Source: Promethearchaeota archaeon
GTDB taxonomy: Archaea > Asgardarchaeota > Lokiarchaeia > Sigyniarchaeales > SOKP01
Reading direction: 5' to 3'
Length of the DNA: 64,000 nt
NCBI GenBank assembly: GCA_019057795.1
Contig: JAHLWS010000082.1
Location: forward strand, 1-64,000
Under the pieces are notes generated by a model, which made no database searches, was not told the origin of the DNA, and saw only the letters and a list, made by a program, of their open reading frames with translations. Position numbers and translations under genes: made by a program. Shown piece after piece: positions 30,236 to 38,796 of this stretch. Each line of letters starts with the position of its first letter. The first letter of the stretch is position 1.

Positions 30236-30967
30236 TTATTTAGATATTTCAACTTCTACCTCTTCTTCATACTCTTTTTCGATTTCTGCGGTTTTAATAG
30301 TTCTTTTGATTTTAATCTGTTCTGTATCGATGCCTAAATCGTTTGCTAACTTATCTAAACCTTCAAAGTGCCTTAAATCGCAAATAAATAACCCCTTTAA
30401 TTTTTTCCCTTTAATCTCCTTTGCAAGGTTTAAAGTATTCATCATCATCCAAGCTTCTCTAACTTTATATCGAATTTCATCTTCTTGTGAGTCATAATCA
30501 TTTTTGAGATATTCTTTCCATAAAACTAATTGTTGGAAGAGTTCATCCTCGGAAGGAACACCACCGTTTTCTGTAATTATCTCTTTTATTCGCTCTTCAA
30601 GTGTTTGTAGCATATTTCTGTGTTCATCCAATGCCGCAGAAAGATAAAATTCCGCATTTTCAGAGATATCAGCATGTTTAAATCGAATTCCTTTCTTTTT
30701 GAATAAGGTTTTTAGAGGATCGTTAGGGTTTAACGGGTCATCCCAAAAATTTGGTTTTTCTTCTAAAGCAAAATCAGGTGAATATTTGTCTATTAAACCA
30801 TCAATGAGCTGAAGATATTCTTTGCTAATAAGATGTAAAGACCATAGCAAATCTTCCTTTTTTTCTTTAGGAACTTCGAACCACCAATCTATTGGAAACT
30901 CACTTTCTACCATGATAAGCTTTAGATGCTTATCTTTTAATGGCTTTAATTCTAATACTTCTGGCAT
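30236..30967 (-). CDS. Hypothetical protein (paralog of 30992..31609)
   Basis: 243 aa with an AGGAG SD. Shares the EVLELKP start and overall layout with the upstream gene. Confidence 0.8.
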   Translation of the reverse strand: MPEVLELKPLKDKHLKLIMVESEFPIDWWFEVPKEKKEDLLWSLHLISKEYLQLIDGLIDKYSPDFALEEKPNFWDDPLNPNDPLKTLFKKKGIRFKHADISENAEFYLSAALDEHRNMLQTLEERIKEIITENGGVPSEDELFQQLVLWKEYLKNDYDSQEDEIRYKVREAWMMMNTLNLAKEIKGKKLKGLFICDLRHFEGLDKLANDLGIDTEQIKIKRTIKTAEIEKEYEEEVEVEISK

Positions 30968-30991
30968 ATTTTTTTAACTCCTTTTTTTTAA

Positions 30992-31609
30992 TTAAAATAT
31001 AATATTTTGAATAGTATGTTTTTTAGTATAGGAAATTACTTTTACTCCCAAATCTCTTAAATCTGCTACGACTTGAGGGCAAATATCCTCGCAAATATCC
31101 TCCTGAACAAAATGTACAAAAGAAACAACTTCATTTTCAAAATGACGTGCAAAATCTAACATTTTTTTTACGATCCACTGTGGTCTTAGCTTTAAGCTTA
31201 AAAAAATCTCTTTTTCTTGAATTTCTTCGCTTAACATGTCAATCCAATTTTTTAGACTTTGTCCTTTGAAAGATTCTTTATCACTCATATTGTCGTATTC
31301 TTCAAATAATTCATTTTGAAGTTCTTGTTTTTCAACAATCTCTTCGTAAAGATATCCCATTGCATAATCTGGAATATCTACTTGAATATATTGTATTCCA
31401 AGTTTATCTAATGTTTGTGCAAAAGGTGTTTTCTTAAATTCCTTCATATCTACTTGAAAATCTACGGTAACAAAATTAACATCTTTCTTTTTAAGAAAAT
31501 CGGTTAATTTTGATGTATCTTTATTTTGAAAATACCTGCCATTTTCTTTTGAGGACATATACGCTATTATTTTTTTATTTTTTACTGGTTTCAATTCCAA
31601 AACTTCCAT
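30992..31609 (-). CDS. Hypothetical protein (paralog of 30236..30967)
   Basis: GAGGTG SD, then ATG 31609 (MEVLELKP). Confidence 0.8.
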   Translation of the reverse strand: MEVLELKPVKNKKIIAYMSSKENGRYFQNKDTSKLTDFLKKKDVNFVTVDFQVDMKEFKKTPFAQTLDKLGIQYIQVDIPDYAMGYLYEEIVEKQELQNELFEEYDNMSDKESFKGQSLKNWIDMLSEEIQEKEIFLSLKLRPQWIVKKMLDFARHFENEVVSFVHFVQEDICEDICPQVVADLRDLGVKVISYTKKHTIQNIIF

Positions 31610-31655
31610 ATAATAATACACCTCTTTTATTTCAACTTTTTAAAAAAGTATTTAC

Positions 31656-31735
31656 CTAATTGAATTGTCGTAAGCTTAAAATATAAAGAATTTGACAAGA
31701 AAATTTTTTAACATATTGATAAGGAATATTATCAA
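31656..31735 (-). promoter_or_regulatory. Promoter/operator copy B with inverted repeat TTGATAA-N6-TTATCAA (31716-31735)
   Basis: Minus-strand TTTATAT box. Lies in the divergent intergenic region and matches 26731..26810. Confidence 0.65.
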
Positions 31736-31931
31736 AATTTTTATCTAAACAATTTTTTTAGTTAATTGAAAATCGTCATTTTTATTGATGGAATCCGTGG
31801 GTCACATGATCATTTTCTAACACATTTATATATTTTTACAACATATATTATCATGAAGAAAAAATAATTTGTCAAAAAAAAGTTTTTAACAAAAAAAATT
31901 CGAAATAAAAACACAATAGAGAAGCTCAAAA

Positions 31932-34478
31932 ATGGATATTTATTCAATTTTAGCCCATCCAATGAGAAGAAAACTCTTATACCTTCTCAAAGAAGAGGGT
32001 TTTATCCCATATACCGAATTAATGAAGAAGTTAGGGATAGAACAAACAGGACAATTAAATTTTCATTTGAAAAAGCTTAATAATTTAGTGAGTAAAAACA
32101 AAAAATCGTATTATTTAACTGATGATGGTAAAAGAGTTTTAAGGATATTAGGATTAAACAAAAGAATTTTATCCGGAGAGGAAATAGAATATTTGAAATC
32201 AAAGGGGAGCGAAATAAACAGAATAGGTGTTATTATCTGTAATTGTAATACAGAAGTTTCAAATGTCCTTAACATTAACTCCTTAGAAAACTATGTAAGT
32301 AAAATAAATAATGTAGTTTCAGTTAAAATCCTTGATAATTTATGTCAAGAAAAAAACCAAGATAAAATTAATAATTGGATTACTGATAACTTCATAAATA
32401 AAATTGTCATCGCTGCTTGTTCTCCTAAAACACATCAACATATATTTGAACGTCTTTTTCAAAATATAATTGATAATGCAAATATTGAGATTGCAAATAT
32501 AAGAGAACAATGTTGTTGGGTACATTATTCAAGTAAAAAGCACATTGATAGTCTTTTAACTCTGAAAAAAGCGCAATTACTTATAGAAGCCTCAGTTAAT
32601 CGAGTAAGTCTTCAAAAACCAATTAAAATAAAAAGAGTTGAAGTTGAAAAAAGTTGCGCTATTGTTGGAGGTGGGATTGCGGGTATGAACACGGCGTTAA
32701 ACTTATCAAGGGCAGGTATCAAGTGTTACCTAATTGAAAAGTCTCCTACATTAGGAGGTAAAGTAGCAAGATGGCAAAAGGTTTCTAAAATGGGAGATTG
32801 CTCTGCTTGTTTCATCTCTGAATTAATTGGGGAAATTGTAAAAGAAAAAAAAATCGAGATCTTGACAAATACGGAAATAATAAGTGTATCGGGAGAAGTT
32901 GGCAATTTTACTATAGGTTTAATTAAAAAACCTCGCTATATTGATGAGACTAAATGCACAGGTTGTAAACAATGTATTGATGTATGTGCTCGAGAGAAAG
33001 TTAATATGTATGAATTTGGATTAACAAATAGAAAAATAATTCACTTTCCTTTTCAATACTGTTATCCTTATGTCCCCGTTATTGAAGATGAAGATATTAA
33101 TAACTGCCTTGAGTGTGGAGTATGTGAACGCGCTTGTGCAAATAAAGCAATAAATTTAAGAGAAAAACCTAAGGAATTAAGAATTAAAGTAGGCGCAAAA
33201 GTTATAGCTATTGGTTCAGATCTTTATTCAAATTTAAAAGAATATAATTATAATCCACGAAATAATGTTATAACTTCAGCAGAATTTGAACGAATCTTAT
33301 CTTCAGATGGCCTAACTGATGGAAAGATCGTAAAATTGTCTGATGGGAAACCAGTAAAAACAATATCAATTATTCAAGAAGTAGGACCTTCAAATTATCT
33401 ATGTGAATATTCGGATATTTTAACCCTAAAGTATATAGATGTTATTAAAGTAAAGAATCTTGATTGTGAAGTTAATGTTTTTTACGATTTAAGTAAACTA
33501 AAAGAAAAAGACGAGATAATACTAAAATCTACTCATCCTAGATTTCTTTACGCTAATAATGTATTAATTGAGACAAGAGAGAATATTAATTATGTAGTTG
33601 CGGATTCTATTGAGTTTCAGAGTGATTTGATTGTTTTAAATCTTAAATTAATTCCAAATGAGGATCTGAAATCTCTAAGAAAGATTATGGACTTCACTTT
33701 AAATGATTATGGTTTTATGAGTGAAGAAACTTTAGCTTCTGGTATTTATGGTGTTGGAACAATATTTGGGCCATTAAATTATCACTCTACTATTGCAACC
33801 ACAAATAACATAGCGTTAAAAGTAATATCACTTCTTTCAAATGATTATTTAATAACAGAATATACTGGAATAGAGATTAATGAAGACAAGTGTGGATTGT
33901 GTAGCCTCTGCGTTAATTCTTGCCCTTACAATGCAATAAGCATAAACTCCGAAAAAATTGCTGTTGATAAGTTTAAATGTAAAGCTTGTGGTATGTGTGT
34001 CAGTGTTTGTCCTACTAATGCCATCGAAATGAATATAAATACATCAGAAAAGATTTTAAAAACGATCGAAATTTTCTCAAAATTCAATAAAAAACCAAAA
34101 ATCATCGCTTTTTGTTGCCAATCGTGCGGTTACGCTGCCGCTGACGATGCAGGATTAAAGAAATTGTTATATCAGCCTAATGTTTTTATAATCTCTGTTC
34201 CTTGTACCGGGCGTGTTGATACTGAATTCATTATTAAATCTTTTGAAATGGGGTTTGATGGAGTTATGATTATCGGCTGTAGAAAGGATTCTTGTAGATA
34301 TATTGATGGGATTGAAAAATTAAAAAAAAGAGTTGGGCTTTTAAAAAAAATTCTAGGACCAAAGTTAAGCAGACGGATAATAGTGATGGGTTTAAACGGA
34401 GTTGAAGGACATATATTTGCTGAAATCTCTACTAAATTCTATAATTTATTAAAGGAGGAGATTAAAAGTGAGGCTTAA
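31932..34478 (+). CDS. wHTH (ArsR-like) - HdrA-like flavoprotein - ferredoxin - MvhD fusion protein
   Basis: Residues 1-80: ILAHPMRRKLL...YTELMKKLG..TGQLNFHLKKL...YYLTDDG. HdrA part: RIGVIICNC, AACSPKTH, NIREQCCWVH, GGGIAG, DCSAC, ITSAEFER. Four CxxCxxCxxxC motifs. MvhD part: AFCCQSCGY, PCTGRVD, GC...C.Y. Confidence 0.9.
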   Translation: MDIYSILAHPMRRKLLYLLKEEGFIPYTELMKKLGIEQTGQLNFHLKKLNNLVSKNKKSYYLTDDGKRVLRILGLNKRILSGEEIEYLKSKGSEINRIGVIICNCNTEVSNVLNINSLENYVSKINNVVSVKILDNLCQEKNQDKINNWITDNFINKIVIAACSPKTHQHIFERLFQNIIDNANIEIANIREQCCWVHYSSKKHIDSLLTLKKAQLLIEASVNRVSLQKPIKIKRVEVEKSCAIVGGGIAGMNTALNLSRAGIKCYLIEKSPTLGGKVARWQKVSKMGDCSACFISELIGEIVKEKKIEILTNTEIISVSGEVGNFTIGLIKKPRYIDETKCTGCKQCIDVCAREKVNMYEFGLTNRKIIHFPFQYCYPYVPVIEDEDINNCLECGVCERACANKAINLREKPKELRIKVGAKVIAIGSDLYSNLKEYNYNPRNNVITSAEFERILSSDGLTDGKIVKLSDGKPVKTISIIQEVGPSNYLCEYSDILTLKYIDVIKVKNLDCEVNVFYDLSKLKEKDEIILKSTHPRFLYANNVLIETRENINYVVADSIEFQSDLIVLNLKLIPNEDLKSLRKIMDFTLNDYGFMSEETLASGIYGVGTIFGPLNYHSTIATTNNIALKVISLLSNDYLITEYTGIEINEDKCGLCSLCVNSCPYNAISINSEKIAVDKFKCKACGMCVSVCPTNAIEMNINTSEKILKTIEIFSKFNKKPKIIAFCCQSCGYAAADDAGLKKLLYQPNVFIISVPCTGRVDTEFIIKSFEMGFDGVMIIGCRKDSCRYIDGIEKLKKRVGLLKKILGPKLSRRIIVMGLNGVEGHIFAEISTKFYNLLKEEIKSEA

Positions 34479-35232
34479 ATTTTTAATTACATCTTTAACA
34501 TCTTGTACTGGATGTATATCCACATTAATATCGTTAGATGTATTTCCACAATTTCTTGAGAGAACGAAAATCGAATATTTTCCATTTATATCTGACAATT
34601 TAGAGATCAAAGAATGCGATGTAGCGCTAGTAGAGGGGTGCGTATCTGAAAAGAATCAAATCGAATATCTTCAAGAAATACGAAAAAATGCAAAAAAACT
34701 ATATGCATTAGGTACATGCTCAGCATTTGGGGGGATTCTTAGCCTCTCAAATAAAAAAGGATCGTATCCCATTTCCAAGTTTGTAGATGTTGATGGTATT
34801 ATACCGGGATGTCCTCCTCCGTCCATACTTTTAGGAAATTGTTTATTGAGGTTAGTTGAGAATAAAAAAATCAAGCTAAGCTTAAAAAATATGTGTTCTA
34901 CTTGTCCTTTAAACAACCAGGCAAAATTAGATTTACCATTAACAATAGAAAAGATTGTTCCAAGGAACAATGAAATTCGCTTTCCGGAAGAAAATTTATC
35001 GTGTTTTTTGAACGATGGGATTTTATGTTTAGGTCCTATTACTCGAGATGGCTGCGACCATCTCTGTATAAATCAAGGATTACCATGTGAAGGATGTTTA
35101 GGTCCGGTTTCAAAGGGGTTTACATCGAATTTAATCAATTTCTTAAGCCTTTTTAACCTTTCTAAAGATTTAAGAAAATATAAAGGGATATATTATAGGT
35201 TCTCAAAATCACCTATGGGAGGGAAGGTTTGA
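34468..35232 (+). CDS. mvhG: Group 3 [NiFe]-hydrogenase small subunit (MvhG-like)
   Basis: SCTGC, LVEG, GTCSAFGG, PGCPP, CSTCP and CFL..GILCLGPITRDGC...C....PCEGCLGP. Confidence 0.85.
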   Translation: MRLKFLITSLTSCTGCISTLISLDVFPQFLERTKIEYFPFISDNLEIKECDVALVEGCVSEKNQIEYLQEIRKNAKKLYALGTCSAFGGILSLSNKKGSYPISKFVDVDGIIPGCPPPSILLGNCLLRLVENKKIKLSLKNMCSTCPLNNQAKLDLPLTIEKIVPRNNEIRFPEENLSCFLNDGILCLGPITRDGCDHLCINQGLPCEGCLGPVSKGFTSNLINFLSLFNLSKDLRKYKGIYYRFSKSPMGGKV

Positions 35233-36533
35233 TGGATAAAGTTGTAGAAGCATGCACAAGGGTTGAAGGTTGTGGAAACTTAAACATTTATTTAAAAAAT
35301 GATGAAATTTATCAAACTGAATTAAACTTTTCAGTATTTAGAGGATTTGAAAATATTTTAGTAGGCAAAAAGTTATTAGATCTTCCAAAAATAGCATCTA
35401 GAATTTGTGGACTGTGCTACGCATCTCAAACAATTGCAAGTTGCAAAGCAATAGAAGATATATACGGAATAGAACCATCACACCAATCAATTTTGCTCAG
35501 AAGGCTTTTATTATCCGGAGAATTAACAAAATCGCACATTATGCATTATTTTTTCCAATCCTTTCCAGATTTATTAAAAATATTTAAAATTAATACTACA
35601 ATTAACGATCCTTATAATTTAATTAATTACAATCCTCATTTAACGACAAATATTTTTAATTTAATAAAAATTGGTTCAGAAATAAATAAATTAATAGGAG
35701 GAAGGGTGCTACATCCAATTACTCCGATTCCTGGAGGATTAATATTCAATCCCACTCGAAAGAGTTTAATTTTTATGGAGAAATATCTAAAAAAGGGAAT
35801 TTACTACATAGAAACTATAATTGAAAATTTTATAGATTTATTTTCTGCTTATGATCCTCCTACAGAATTTAATCTTTCTAATCCTATATATTTCAGCTTG
35901 AAAAACAATACGGGGTTTGATAGATATGAAGGAGACCTCAGAATTGAACAAAATGAAACAACTTACGACGATTTTCAAGCAAAAAATTATTCAAAATATT
36001 TTGATAAAGACCCTAATCTTTATGGGATTATGTTTAAGTCAAATTCGAAAAATGAAATTTTAACAGGACCAATAGCGCGCTATAAGTTAACTCAAAGTTA
36101 TGGGATAGATAAAATATCCGAATATTTAAGCAATTTTGGAAAAAAATGGAAAAGCAATTTATTATTTTTAAACTTTTTACAATTAATCGAAAGTTATTAT
36201 GAAATTCAAAAATGTGTTGAAATATTCAATACTACTTCACTAAAAAGTAGAACAAAACTTAAACAACTGAACTCAATAAAAAAATCAAATGGAATAGGGG
36301 TTATCGAAGCACCAAGAGGCATACTAATGCATCATTATCATTTAAATAAAGCTAAAATCGTTGATCAAGTAAAACTTTTCATTGCAACCGAAATAAATTT
36401 GCCTATTCTTAACAAAATGATCACTGAATATGCTAAAAAGCTATATGAAAAAGAAGATATCGATTCTGTTAAAGAAAAAATTCAAATAATGATAAGAGCA
36501 TTTGATCCTTGCATATCGTGCGCTTCTCATTAA
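35229..36533 (+). CDS. mvhA: Group 3 [NiFe]-hydrogenase large subunit (MvhA-like) with no C-terminal extension
   Basis: TRVEG, RGFE, L1 RICGLC, EAPRG, and L2 RAFDPCISCASH followed directly by TAA. Confidence 0.88.
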   Translation: MMDKVVEACTRVEGCGNLNIYLKNDEIYQTELNFSVFRGFENILVGKKLLDLPKIASRICGLCYASQTIASCKAIEDIYGIEPSHQSILLRRLLLSGELTKSHIMHYFFQSFPDLLKIFKINTTINDPYNLINYNPHLTTNIFNLIKIGSEINKLIGGRVLHPITPIPGGLIFNPTRKSLIFMEKYLKKGIYYIETIIENFIDLFSAYDPPTEFNLSNPIYFSLKNNTGFDRYEGDLRIEQNETTYDDFQAKNYSKYFDKDPNLYGIMFKSNSKNEILTGPIARYKLTQSYGIDKISEYLSNFGKKWKSNLLFLNFLQLIESYYEIQKCVEIFNTTSLKSRTKLKQLNSIKKSNGIGVIEAPRGILMHHYHLNKAKIVDQVKLFIATEINLPILNKMITEYAKKLYEKEDIDSVKEKIQIMIRAFDPCISCASH

Positions 36534-36591
36534 CATTAAAAATCATAATAATTAAATGTAATTAATTTAATGAAGAAGAGGATGATTTAAA

Positions 36592-37632
36592 TTGAAAGAA
36601 AATCTCTTAAATAACGCCAATAAAGAATGTCCATTTAGCGAATTGTGTGAGACTCTTTTGTTTTATTTTGATGAGACTATAGGCCATGTCCCACTTCTTA
36701 TTTGTCCAGAAAATGCGCTAGATGATGATTCGGGAAAAATGCGTCTTATAAGATACCATCCAATTTGGTTTTTAGAACTTAAAGATAAAACTACAATTAA
36801 CCGAATCGATTTAGAATACGGTAATCAAATGTATTTTGCGAAGAAATTTATTATTGAATCTAAGAGGGTTAAAAGAAGAGCAGGGTCTTTTCAAAAATCG
36901 GGTGAAATAGTTGTGTTGATACTTGTGTTACCTACAGATTTAGATATTTTTGGGGGAGAAGTATTAAATTTATTAACGAAAAAATTAGTCGACAAATTTG
37001 AAAATACGCTTTATCTTGTAATCGAGTCAGAAATTGCGAAACTGGAAGTTATTAAAACGGAGAAAATAATCAATAAGATAAAAAAAGGAGAACAAATAAA
37101 AGAAGAAATAAAAGCTATAGTTAACCTTACTTGTGAGGAATATTTTTCATCAGTAATTAAACAAACTGATGCGACCTCTTTCAAATTGCAAAAAGCAATT
37201 TCTTATTTAACATTTAAAGGAATCGATATTGACCACATTGTTATAAATGCTCAAAATGAATCGTTTTCTAAAATTCGATTATTTGATTATGATAGAGTTG
37301 TTCAACAAAAATTAGGAATAAAAGCTCAATTTAAAATAATGAATATAAATATTAGTAACAATTTTCAGGAAATAGAAGTTTTAGTAAAGAATAAGAGTAA
37401 AAAGGAATTCAATGATCTCATTGTCCGAATTACTTACATTAAAGAATTTTTTGAAAAAGAGGTATTAAACGAAAAAGTTGAAAAATGCCTTCCCGAAGAA
37501 GAATTATTGTTTATAACGCCTGTAATTAAAAATACAAACAATTATTTGTTTTCCATTATTGAAGAACATTCTAATAGAACAATGTTTTCTAATAAAATTG
37601 ATTTAGAATTAATTAAAAGTCGTCCCTACTAA
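36592..37632 (+). CDS. Hypothetical protein with putative N-terminal longin/uDENN-like domain
   Basis: LLFYFDETIGHVPLLICP resembles the F-D-x-x-x-G-P beta-hairpin start of longin/uDENN folds. The ORF is solid; the fold call is tentative. Confidence 0.55.
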   Translation: MKENLLNNANKECPFSELCETLLFYFDETIGHVPLLICPENALDDDSGKMRLIRYHPIWFLELKDKTTINRIDLEYGNQMYFAKKFIIESKRVKRRAGSFQKSGEIVVLILVLPTDLDIFGGEVLNLLTKKLVDKFENTLYLVIESEIAKLEVIKTEKIINKIKKGEQIKEEIKAIVNLTCEEYFSSVIKQTDATSFKLQKAISYLTFKGIDIDHIVINAQNESFSKIRLFDYDRVVQQKLGIKAQFKIMNINISNNFQEIEVLVKNKSKKEFNDLIVRITYIKEFFEKEVLNEKVEKCLPEEELLFITPVIKNTNNYLFSIIEEHSNRTMFSNKIDLELIKSRPY

Positions 37633-38566
37633 GGTATTTTTTCAAATTTTGGAAATCTTCGCCGTTTAAGTCGTTCATCACCGCATTAAAAATTCCCAGA
37701 GTTTTCTCTTTTGTAACAACCATCAGTACCGATCCATTGCTAACTTCCTTTACAAAAATATAGTTGTGTTCGCTCTCATATATAACCGTTGATAATTCTA
37801 AAGGAGAAATCGAAGTATTTGAAAGTTCCATGATCTTTGAAAAAATTTGATAAATATTAGAATCAAGGCTTCCGATTTCAAAACGGAGGAATTGAAGAGG
37901 TCTGTGCTCGAATTTACCTAAAGTTGAAGCTATCAATAAACCATCGGGTTGATTGAATAAGAAGTAATCAGAAAGCGTAGTTAACTTCAGCTGATCTAAC
38001 ATATACCGTATTTTTCCGAGTCTTTGTAAAGCTATTGTGTTTTGTTGAATTTTATAATCGAGTATTTCGATCATTCGATGTTGAGCACTTCCTTCTTTTA
38101 CGGATACGGGTGTAAAAGAAATATTACTTTTTAAATCATCTGTAAGATCTTTAATTAACAGTTCATAAATGTCATCTTCCTTTGATTCTTGAAGATCAGT
38201 TTTATTTAATAAGACATATACTTTTCCTACTTCAGGACTAAACTCAAAAAGGTATTTCAAGAATTTACCAAAAGTTTCTTTTAGTTTTGGTTCTTTTGCT
38301 GCCGAATCAACCATGAAAATTGCAGCTAATACTTCAGAAAATACAAGCTCTCGCTTTTTTTCCGAGAAATATCTTTCCATATAAAGTTCTTGGCCTCCTA
38401 AATCCCAGATGGAAAGTTCCATTATTCCCCTAAATATAAAATTTTCCCTTGAGACTCCTTTTGTAGGTTTCAGATTAAGCACTTTCATGAAATTATAACC
38501 TAAACAAGTAGTCCTCATTAATGACGTTTTACCCGCACCACCAGGGCCAAATAGAAGTACTTTTAT
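37613..38566 (-). CDS. Rag/Gtr-like small GTPase fused to a C-terminal roadblock-like domain
   Basis: Extending upstream of ATG 38518 recovers IKVLLFGPGGAGKTS (P-loop). Also PT (G2), WDLGGQ..YM..YF (G3), NKTD (G4) and C-terminal DGLLIAS...VLMVVT. ATA start proposed at 38566. Confidence 0.85.
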   Translation of the reverse strand: MKVLLFGPGGAGKTSLMRTTCLGYNFMKVLNLKPTKGVSRENFIFRGIMELSIWDLGGQELYMERYFSEKKRELVFSEVLAAIFMVDSAAKEPKLKETFGKFLKYLFEFSPEVGKVYVLLNKTDLQESKEDDIYELLIKDLTDDLKSNISFTPVSVKEGSAQHRMIEILDYKIQQNTIALQRLGKIRYMLDQLKLTTLSDYFLFNQPDGLLIASTLGKFEHRPLQFLRFEIGSLDSNIYQIFSKIMELSNTSISPLELSTVIYESEHNYIFVKEVSNGSVLMVVTKEKTLGIFNAVMNDLNGEDFQNLKKYLSRDDF

Positions 38567-38796
38567 TTTATTTCACCGTTAAACTTTTATTGTTTAAAAT
38601 AAAGCGATAATTGATTTAATATTAAATATACTTTAATCGTCTAATATATTTTTTATAAATTAACATTTATTTAATTTTTTCTAATTATTATACGATTTAT
38701 TAGATTTTAATTGCATGGATGATTCAATTAAATATAATTTTTAATTAACATAATTAATTTGTTAGATATATTTATAAAAAATATTGGAGAAATGAA

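Noticed and set aside
26731-31735. The 4.9-kb block as a mobile element bounded by att sites
   Set aside because: No integrase or transposase; the repeats are degenerate and coincide with promoters; composition looks like host DNA.
31932-36533. Selenocysteine recoding in HdrA/MvhD/MvhA (these families are selenoproteins in some archaea, including Lokiarchaeia)
   Set aside because: The ORFs have no in-frame TGA, the relevant positions are Cys codons, and no convincing SECIS was seen downstream.
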